The translations under genes were made by a program, and so were the position numbers. This document shows positions 21,258 to 27,417 of a stretch of DNA of 27,417 nucleotides, in pieces (within the stretch, counting starts at the first letter, position 1; each line of letters begins with the position of its first letter). A model generated the notes under the pieces. That model saw only the letters and a list, made by a program, of their open reading frames with translations. It was not told where the DNA came from and ran no database searches. Source of the DNA: a virus. Where the stretch lies: positions 1 to 27,417 of the IMG/VR virus record IMGVR_UViG_3300030617_000044, one strand, 5' to 3'.

Positions 21258-23612
21258 TTAAAATGCTTGTTGATCTTCCAAAACCTCATGTACATCCGAT
21301 CGGCTGGCGATAATGGCTTCGTAATCAAAAAATTCGTTAAACTCTTCGCGTAAATCCTCTTCTGTAAAAAAGTTCTCTACCCTAAATTCGTATAAGCGAC
21401 CGTGCTTTTTTAGCATGGTAGGCAAGCCCATGCCCAGGTGATCCGGTTCGACCGGGAACTCGCGGCGCAACATTTTTGATTTCAGGTTAAATTTTTCTTT
21501 CAACTGCTTAAATATGTCGGCATCACGGTATTTTACGGCTGCACCGGGCTTGTTGATCAGCGCTGAAATTTCCTCTAACGTATAAAACAGCGTATGGTAC
21601 TTGTAATGCAAAAACCTGCTTTGCAGTATAACGGTAAGCTCGCTATAGGCCCAGCCTTTGCTATTTTGGCGCACGCGTTTAAGCGCTTCAGTTTCCAGCA
21701 GCATAGGGTCAAACCAGTGGCGGCTCTTGCGTGGGTGCAGTATTTCGCGGTTGCTTAGGTAGTGTAAAAAGGCCGGTACCTCTTCCTGCATCTTTTCGCG
21801 GATCAGCGGGTCATCTTCTTTAAATTTGGGTACTTTGTTTACCCAAAAGCGGTTCTCGAGGTCATCAATAGCGATAAAGTTTTCTTCATCATTGCTACTC
21901 AACCCAAATTTGCCGAAAAATGGAATTTCCTGTTTAGCCTGGTAAAGCCCGCGGTATTTTATTGATGGAGCGGTGCTCATACTCTTTACTTTTTCGAGGG
22001 TTGATTTTTTGTCGATAAAGCCCTCATCAATGCCGATAAACAGTTTCGAGCACCAATCATCATTAAACTGGTCTTTTAAGTCCTCGGGGCTTATAAACGT
22101 GGCATTTTCCTGCCATAAATCCTTTTGAAACCACAGGAATGTACTTTTACCGGTGCCGCGATCGCGGCTAACCAGGCAGGGGATAGGCAGCGGCTGCGTA
22201 GGGTAGCGGTAAATGATGGTGAGGTAATCTAATGCCAGCTCATAATTGGTGTGGCCGCTGGATAATGCCGCCTCGCCGAATATGTGCTTTAAAAACATTT
22301 CGATGGTTGACCAACTGCCCGGCTCTAAAACATGATCAAGCTTGTAATACATGTTATAGCAGCCATTTACTACAGGCTGGTAGGCATCGGTATTGCAGGG
22401 TACATTACAAAACTCATCGTATTTTTCAAGGGTTTCGTAAAAATTTTTAAAGCCGTTGTTAACGTAATCGCGGCTAATTTCGCCACTCTTCCAGCCCTTA
22501 AGCTTGCGGCGCAATACGCCTTTTGCATCAGGAACGTGTATGATTTTGATATAATCACATCCAACCCGGATAAATTTAAAACTGTCCTCGTGGCGCACAA
22601 GTTCAAGGCCTTCGCCCTTGCTGCTTTTTTTGTACCGGGCACCGCTGAAAGTAAATTCCTTTTCGCCGATCAGATTTTCATACCAAAAATAGAATGATGA
22701 TGGCACGCCCTTAACAATGTTGAGCCTGAATATATTTTTTAGCTTAGTTGGTGTTAACGAGGTTAAATTATGGCCGTTAAACCACACCCTAGCGCCTGTT
22801 AAGCGCTGTAAATCGGCAATTACCTTTTGTACGGTATCACCGCCCTTTGCCCTGGCATCGCAAAGCAAATCATCAAGTCCCTTTGTTTCTTCAACATAAT
22901 CATCCTTAATATGCAGAAAATACACATCCTTAACCAGGCTTTTCGCCACCTCGCGAAAACGTACCACGGTATTATAAAAGCTGTACAGGCGCTTGGCTAA
23001 ATCTTTGTTCGGCTCTTCCTCGTGATCCCAGGTAACCAGTTCGACATCCGCATCCAAAAGCAATACCAGGTTAGTTACATCGCATGCGTGAATGATTTTG
23101 ATTAAATCATCGTGCAGGCTCTTTTTATCGCTGTCAAGAAACAAATCTTTACCACCGAGGCCAACGATATCTAATCCCTGCAAAGCGCCTGCAAAGGCTT
23201 TAAATTCGCCCTCAACAACATAAAGGGTTTCAATTTTTGTTTTCGCTGCGAATTTTTCAATTACCTGTTGCGTATGGAAGATGTGTACACCGCTTTTAGG
23301 CTCCTGAAAGTATTTACGGTCGGGTTCGGGTTGGTTATCCGGTTTAAACCTTATGCGCTTAAACTCATTTTCAGTACCGGCAATTAATTCGGCACCCCCG
23401 TAAAGCGATGGATAATGAATTACAATATTACCTGATGCCTCATGCTCTGCAAAAATGGGTTGGTTATATGCTTTAAAAGGATATTCCGGTTCAACCTTAA
23501 AAAAATGGTCGGAGGTGTCAACGATGCCCATCTCGTGCATGCGTTTTTTAAAATAGGTATCGAGCTGTGAAGGATCGATTTGTTCGGTTTTTTTATTCTG
23601 TCGCTTAGCCAT
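21258..23612 (-). CDS. Replicative primase-helicase (Toprim-like N-terminal half plus P4/D5-type SF3 helicase C-terminal half)
   Basis: LYVVEGEFKAFAG and VLLLDADV form a Toprim-like Glu and DxD. The Walker A is SRDRGTGKSTF, with FIGIDEGF as a Walker B-like motif. The 784-aa size is typical. Confidence 0.7.
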   Translation of the reverse strand: MAKRQNKKTEQIDPSQLDTYFKKRMHEMGIVDTSDHFFKVEPEYPFKAYNQPIFAEHEASGNIVIHYPSLYGGAELIAGTENEFKRIRFKPDNQPEPDRKYFQEPKSGVHIFHTQQVIEKFAAKTKIETLYVVEGEFKAFAGALQGLDIVGLGGKDLFLDSDKKSLHDDLIKIIHACDVTNLVLLLDADVELVTWDHEEEPNKDLAKRLYSFYNTVVRFREVAKSLVKDVYFLHIKDDYVEETKGLDDLLCDARAKGGDTVQKVIADLQRLTGARVWFNGHNLTSLTPTKLKNIFRLNIVKGVPSSFYFWYENLIGEKEFTFSGARYKKSSKGEGLELVRHEDSFKFIRVGCDYIKIIHVPDAKGVLRRKLKGWKSGEISRDYVNNGFKNFYETLEKYDEFCNVPCNTDAYQPVVNGCYNMYYKLDHVLEPGSWSTIEMFLKHIFGEAALSSGHTNYELALDYLTIIYRYPTQPLPIPCLVSRDRGTGKSTFLWFQKDLWQENATFISPEDLKDQFNDDWCSKLFIGIDEGFIDKKSTLEKVKSMSTAPSIKYRGLYQAKQEIPFFGKFGLSSNDEENFIAIDDLENRFWVNKVPKFKEDDPLIREKMQEEVPAFLHYLSNREILHPRKSRHWFDPMLLETEALKRVRQNSKGWAYSELTVILQSRFLHYKYHTLFYTLEEISALINKPGAAVKYRDADIFKQLKEKFNLKSKMLRREFPVEPDHLGMGLPTMLKKHGRLYEFRVENFFTEEDLREEFNEFFDYEAIIASRSDVHEVLEDQQAF

Positions 23613-23829
23613 TAATGAGATCGGTAATACTGCACTTAAAAAAGTTTGAAATTTTGATCAGCTCATCACTCGGGATGCTGAAACTATCGCCGGTTTTCAC
23701 GTTCAACCAGTAGTCGATAGTACGCTCGGATTTATCCACCAGGATAGCCAATTCATATTTTTTGTGCTGGTATCGACCGGGCAATTTGCGCAAACGATCC
23801 TCGATGTTGTATTTGGGATTAACACACAT
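23605..23829 (-). CDS. Small XRE-type HTH protein
   Basis: KKYELAILVDKSERTIDYWLN…ELIKISNFFKCSITDLI. Confidence 0.5.
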   Translation of the reverse strand: MCVNPKYNIEDRLRKLPGRYQHKKYELAILVDKSERTIDYWLNVKTGDSFSIPSDELIKISNFFKCSITDLING

Positions 23830-23878
23830 AGTTTGTTGATTAAGTAATTAAGGAGTAGAATTTTAAGCGATAGGCAGT

Positions 23879-24070
23879 TTAATTTAACTTAAAGCAAATA
23901 GTAGAATGATGGTAACCGTTAGCCTCGTGGTGATCCTCAAAATATACGTCGACAGCTTTATCACCAAAAAGAAAGGCGCTTACGCTCTCGGTGTCGGCAA
24001 ATTGTTCGCCCATGGTGTTTACCGCTATTCGGTTTATACCTGGCACCTGTAATTCACTTTGGCTGCTCAT
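23879..24070 (-). CDS. Hypothetical early protein (63 aa)
   Basis: ORF on the operon strand with an ATGA overlap to its upstream neighbour. Confidence 0.35.
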   Translation of the reverse strand: MSSQSELQVPGINRIAVNTMGEQFADTESVSAFLFGDKAVDVYFEDHHEANGYHHSTICFKLN

Positions 24071-24363
24071 TTCTTGTTTTTATTACGGATTGCGAAAAAC
24101 TTGGCGCGGCTTTTATTGCGGGCTACTTTAGCCGCACGGCTTTCGTAAACCTCGCGGGCCATCTCTAAATAAAGTGCCTTTGTTAAGCCTTCGGGTACGG
24201 GTACCAAACCATCTTTAATCTTCATGTAAAAACCTTTGTAATCAGCCAGTCCACACACTTTAATATAGCTATTGAGCGCCTCGATAGTAGTTAGTACCGG
24301 ATTCCCGGTACTAACTTTTTCAGTTTCAACCGCAGGTTGAAAAAATTCGAATGTCATTTGCAT
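24067..24363 (-). CDS. Hypothetical early protein (98 aa, basic C-terminus)
   Basis: ORF on the operon strand with a TAATG overlap to its upstream neighbour. Confidence 0.4.
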   Translation of the reverse strand: MQMTFEFFQPAVETEKVSTGNPVLTTIEALNSYIKVCGLADYKGFYMKIKDGLVPVPEGLTKALYLEMAREVYESRAAKVARNKSRAKFFAIRNKNKK

Positions 24364-25307
24364 TATTTTGCCTCCTTTAAAAGTTCAATTAATTTTGCAG
24401 CCATTGCGATATAGTGCTGTTTGCGAGCATCAGCACGAGCATCAGCATCAGCACGAGCACGAGCATAAGCATCAGCATAAGCATCAGCATCAGCATCAGC
24501 AGCATCAGCACGAGCACGAGCATCAGCACGAGCACGAGCATCAGCAGCACGAGCATCAGCAGCACGAGCATCAGCAGCACGAGCATCAGCAGCACGAGCA
24601 TCAGCAGCACGAGCAGCAGCAGCATAAGCAGCAGCAGCATAAGCAGCAGCAGCATAAGCAGCATCAGCAGCAGCAGCATAAGCATCAGCATAAGCATCAG
24701 CATCAGCATAAGCAGCAGCAGCATAAGCAGCATCAGCAGCAGCATAAGCAGCATCAGCATCATAAGCAGCATAAGCATCATAAGCAGCATAAGCAGCATC
24801 AGCAGCTAACTTTTCCCAAGTTTCGCGGGGAACTGTTGTGGTTAATGAAGTGGTATAAGCGTCTGCCACATCTCGAATAGCCTTGCGGCTATTCTCGGTT
24901 TTTGCAAATTTGATGACACCTGCGGTATCATCAACCAAAAGCCAAATCATGAATTTGCGCCATACATTTTCAAGGTCGACACCTACCGGCACGGCCTCCA
25001 TAAAGTTTAGCGGCCAGTCCTTTGATTCGCCTACCGGTAAGCCCTCAAAAATTCGATCTTCCAGCATGGCAATAATGCGCGGGATGCCTAATTGTGTTAC
25101 ATAACGGCCGTGTATGTCCTTTTTGTCGACATTGCCGGTTTTAAAATCTTCCGGTGTAAACATGGTGCAGGTTACCGCGCAACCTTTTTCGCCATTCCAG
25201 TAGTCACCCTGGATTAAATTGTCTAGTTCTTTGTGGCGCTTTAAATCAGCGATTTTGGCGTCCTTAATTTCTTGCTTTCCGTGGAAGCTTAGTAGTGGTG
25301 TGTTCAT
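24363..25307 (-). CDS. Early protein: about 150-aa globular N-terminal domain followed by about 150 aa of Ala/Asp/Tyr/Arg low-complexity repeats
   Basis: The N-terminal domain (…GDYWNGEKGCAVTCTMF…QLGIPRIIAMLEDRIFEGLP…) has normal composition. The repeats (AADAAYAAY… (ARAAD)x5 …) stay in frame with it and with a normal C-terminal helix, KQHYIAMAAKLIELLKEAK. Confidence 0.6.
   Translation of the reverse strand: MNTPLLSFHGKQEIKDAKIADLKRHKELDNLIQGDYWNGEKGCAVTCTMFTPEDFKTGNVDKKDIHGRYVTQLGIPRIIAMLEDRIFEGLPVGESKDWPLNFMEAVPVGVDLENVWRKFMIWLLVDDTAGVIKFAKTENSRKAIRDVADAYTTSLTTTVPRETWEKLAADAAYAAYDAYAAYDADAAYAAADAAYAAAAYADADAYADAYAAAADAAYAAAAYAAAAYAAAARAADARAADARAADARAADARAADARARADARARADAADADADAYADAYARARADADARADARKQHYIAMAAKLIELLKEAK
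24538..24657. repeat. Two abutting perfect 15-bp tandem arrays: GCATCAGCAGCACGA x5 (24538-24612) and GCAGCAGCAGCATAA x3 (24613-24657), inside a GCN-periodic tract spanning about 24420-24806
   Basis: Counted directly. All copies are exact. Confidence 0.9.
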
Positions 25308-25420
25308 TTTTGGGTTTTTATAATGTGATAAATAATTAATGCGATTAGTGTATAGGTTAAGATGCTAAGCGGGGCGGTTTTCCTGTCGCCGAATAGCAGG
25401 ATGTGTTTAATAAGCTTCAT
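25304..25420 (-). CDS. 38-aa membrane peptide (MKLIKHILLFGDRKTAPLSILTYTLIALIIYHIIKTQK)
   Basis: Hand-translated, with ATGA overlaps at both ends to the neighbouring genes. Confidence 0.4.
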   Translation of the reverse strand: MKLIKHILLFGDRKTAPLSILTYTLIALIIYHIIKTQK

Positions 25421-25593
25421 ATCTCAATCTCATTTTTTCCGCTCTCTCGCAGCTCCCTAAGCTTTTCTTGAAACATATAAATTGCGGCGTTGGGGTTAGG
25501 GTCAACATACCCGGGATAGTATTTTTTACTCAGTAACATGATGTGATCTTCTATCTCGCTTTTAGTCCAGGTTTCGGTTTGTTTTTCAGGCAT
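25417..25593 (-). CDS. Hypothetical early protein (58 aa)
   Basis: The track gives 25417..25644. The ATG at 25593 overlaps the upstream stop (ATGCCTGA). Confidence 0.4.
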   Translation of the reverse strand: MPEKQTETWTKSEIEDHIMLLSKKYYPGYVDPNPNAAIYMFQEKLRELRESGKNEIEI

Positions 25594-26050
25594 TGTTTTG
25601 GGTATTAAAAAGGTTATTAGATTGTTCAGGTTTTGGCGGTTCAATAGGTGCTAGCTTAGGCATATTAGGCCAGTGCTCGCAATGGGTACCGTACAATTCA
25701 ACCGGAAACTCCGGTATTTTCATTTCGCAATGATCAATCAGGATAAAAGATAAATCCTGCGTTTGCCAGTTGATGTTTTTGTTTTTATACATCCGCATAA
25801 ACATGCCCTTGCATTCAGGTAACGAAAGGCCGGTATCTAACCGGGCGATGTATTCGGTAAGCTGCGATAGCTTGTAATGCTTAATGTCAATGATGATACC
25901 GGGGCCTATGCAGCTATCCTTTAAGCCAAGCATATACCAGTAACCAACCTTGTAAAAGTTATCGTTACGCAGCCTTATGGTGGTTAGGTTACGGCAAAAT
26001 AGTTTACCGTTCCAGTTGTGTGAAAAGTCGATTGAGCCGCCGTAATTCAT
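25586..26050 (-). CDS. ASCH/DUF3850-like (PUA-fold) protein candidate
   Basis: …NLTTIRLRNDNFYKVGYWYML… loosely resembles the (E/T)IR.ND..F.VGD motif of ASCH-like domains. This call rests on weak similarity. Confidence 0.3.
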   Translation of the reverse strand: MNYGGSIDFSHNWNGKLFCRNLTTIRLRNDNFYKVGYWYMLGLKDSCIGPGIIIDIKHYKLSQLTEYIARLDTGLSLPECKGMFMRMYKNKNINWQTQDLSFILIDHCEMKIPEFPVELYGTHCEHWPNMPKLAPIEPPKPEQSNNLFNTQNNA

Positions 26051-26310
26051 GCTGTGTAGATTATTTCAGATGGCAATTGATTAACTCCAAACCAAATTTT
26101 AAAATGGCCTTTCATATAGCAGATAGCTATTTTTTTGCCATCGTCAACCGGGTGAACATTTGGGTTCGTATCTGCGATATATAAGATGTGGTTATGGTCA
26201 TCAGGATCATAATACATCCCTTTACCTAAACCTTGCGCAGCGATAGCACCAAATACAATGCGCTCTATAGTTTCGCGGCTATATTCCGTAATTGGTTTAG
26301 GCTGGTTCAT
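26047..26310 (-). CDS. Hypothetical early protein (87 aa)
   Basis: ORF on the operon strand with an ATGA overlap downstream. Confidence 0.4.
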   Translation of the reverse strand: MNQPKPITEYSRETIERIVFGAIAAQGLGKGMYYDPDDHNHILYIADTNPNVHPVDDGKKIAICYMKGHFKIWFGVNQLPSEIIYTA

Positions 26311-26719
26311 TGGTGATTGATTTTAAACGGGCACCTAAATTGCCGTTACCATCTTTATAAAACTCGTAATCAATATCGCAGTAAAATAATTCAACAAGTT
26401 TCTTTTCGGCTTTTTTTAATTCTCTGCCTACTATTTGTTCATACTCTTTTAAAGTATTCTGCCAGTCTGATCGGGCAGCTTCCGTACATTCAACACAAAA
26501 GCTATTGCCTTGATCATCACAATTAAAATACTCCTCATCAAATATGATTGCCAGGCATCCCTCGCACCTGGCAACGCCTGTTGATAGGTTTTCATTATCA
26601 GTGATAAAATCCGCTTTATGCCCTCGGTGGCGATTTTCGGCAAGCTTAATAGCTTCTTTTGGTGCATTTGCTTCAATTTCTACCGACCGGCGGCTAATTA
26701 GATCAATATTATATTTCAT
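26297..26719 (-). CDS. Cys-rich zinc-ribbon-like early protein
   Basis: ARCEGCLAIIF…NCDDQGNSFCVEC forms CxxC…CxxC pairs. The ATG at 26719 (MKYNIDL) overlaps the upstream stop. The track start at 26788 would overlap the upstream gene by 80 nt. Confidence 0.45.
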   Translation of the reverse strand: MKYNIDLISRRSVEIEANAPKEAIKLAENRHRGHKADFITDNENLSTGVARCEGCLAIIFDEEYFNCDDQGNSFCVECTEAARSDWQNTLKEYEQIVGRELKKAEKKLVELFYCDIDYEFYKDGNGNLGARLKSITNEPA

Positions 26720-26900
26720 GATTTTTGGTTTTGGGTTCATCATCGTAAAACAATGCAAGTTTGTTAATGGTATCGCGGTAATCGGCACGTAGCAGGGTGG
26801 CTTTAATCTCGTCCTGAGTTTCCGGGATCAGTTTTTCAAGTTTTGCCTTTGTTGCCAGCAAATCAGCTTTGCGGGTGGCATAGTCGGTTACTTCACTCAT
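26709..26900 (-). CDS. Hypothetical helical early protein (63 aa)
   Basis: ORF on the operon strand. Confidence 0.4.
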   Translation of the reverse strand: MSEVTDYATRKADLLATKAKLEKLIPETQDEIKATLLRADYRDTINKLALFYDDEPKTKNHEI

Positions 26901-27141
26901 TTTCTTTTGCTTTAAGGTTTAAATATTCTGTTATAGGTATTTCGACAAGGTTGCCGATGATCAGCCTTTCAAGATATCTGATGGTATTTTCCAAAACCAT
27001 AAGCTGTATAAGCAGTTCCTTTTCTCGGGTTTCACGGTAAGGGTGAGCATCGTCCATATGCTTAAACTCGTGCTGTACGCACATTAATTCCGCGTATTGC
27101 AAATTGAGCTCAGCGGCCGCCAGATCGATGTTTTGTGTCAT
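26893..27141 (-). CDS. Hypothetical early protein (82 aa)
   Basis: ORF on the operon strand, 2 nt after the Cro-like gene. Confidence 0.4.
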   Translation of the reverse strand: MTQNIDLAAAELNLQYAELMCVQHEFKHMDDAHPYRETREKELLIQLMVLENTIRYLERLIIGNLVEIPITEYLNLKAKENE

Positions 27142-27143
27142 GA

Positions 27144-27413
27144 TTATAGGTTTTCAGGTTTATCTAATCCATACTTAGCGGATACGTCCTCTTTATCCTC
27201 TGTCATTTCGCCGATGGGGCGTACTTCGGTAGTGAAATTTTGAAGCTGGCCGGGTTGCAGGCAGAAAAGCTTTTCAAGTTTGTCAACTACCTCGTGGGGG
27301 ATGTCCTTTTTATCGCCAAGCTCAATTTTGCGGTAATTATTAAATGACGCGTGCGATATCCCTAATATGGCCGGGATCAGCTTAAGCGATTTTTGAAAAT
27401 CATCTACCGACAT
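27144..27413 (-). CDS. Cro-like XRE-family HTH protein, first gene of the early operon
   Basis: LKLIPAILGISHASFNNYRKIELG…VVDKLEKLFCLQPGQL. It is divergent from the repressor-like gene across the circular junction. Confidence 0.6.
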   Translation of the reverse strand: MSVDDFQKSLKLIPAILGISHASFNNYRKIELGDKKDIPHEVVDKLEKLFCLQPGQLQNFTTEVRPIGEMTEDKEDVSAKYGLDKPENL

Positions 27414-27417
27414 TTTC
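27291..27417. repeat. Second copy of the 127-bp terminal repeat
   Basis: Identical to 1-127. Confidence 0.95.

Noticed and set aside
24368-24880. Long ORFs in three other frames across the repeat tract: 24368..24880 (+, His/Gln-rich), 24414..24809 (+, Ser/Ile-rich) and 24389..24799 (-, Leu/Met-rich)
   Set aside because: They exist only because the GCN/CAG-type trinucleotide repeats contain no stop codons in these frames. Only the minus-strand frame of 24363..25307 continues into normal-complexity sequence at both ends and is coupled to neighbouring genes.

Overview
The first 127 bp are identical to the last 127 bp, so the window is one closed, circular (or terminally redundant) replicon of 27,290 unique bp. 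It reads as a complete temperate phage-like genome with Bacteroidota-style features: no Shine-Dalgarno leaders, a DUF4248-like and a DUF5977-like protein, and a Bacteroidota-type tyrosine integrase. All family calls are motif recognition by eye, not searches.

The layout is strictly modular:
- Lysogeny module, plus strand, 338-2530: XRE-type repressor, lipoprotein, integrase.
- Early/replication operon, minus strand, 27413 down to 19862: Cro-like HTH, many small ORFs chained by ATGA/TAATG overlaps, an Ala/Asp/Tyr/Arg repeat protein, a second HTH, a Toprim + SF3-type primase-helicase, and a Dam-like methyltransferase.
- A 600-bp non-coding block, 19254-19861: an iteron array, an AT-rich tract, a GC-rich structured element and a terminator.
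- Late operon, minus strand, 19046 down to 2708: small P-loop ATPase, more than 12 tiny single-pass membrane proteins, a candidate capsid gene insulated by two strong terminators, two virion-module peptidoglycan hydrolases, spike/fibre proteins, then a GH25 endolysin and holin-like genes.

No ORF is large enough, or carries motifs, for a large terminase, portal, tape measure or sheath. The most interesting reading is therefore an undescribed tail-less, membrane-containing temperate virus.

Other signals worth follow-up:
- the GC-rich non-coding element;
- a two-part repeat shared between the int-proximal junction and the flanks of one small gene;
- perfect 15-bp tandem arrays inside an early gene;
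- a 16-bp perfect palindrome and a recurring AATCAATT word in late-gene leaders.
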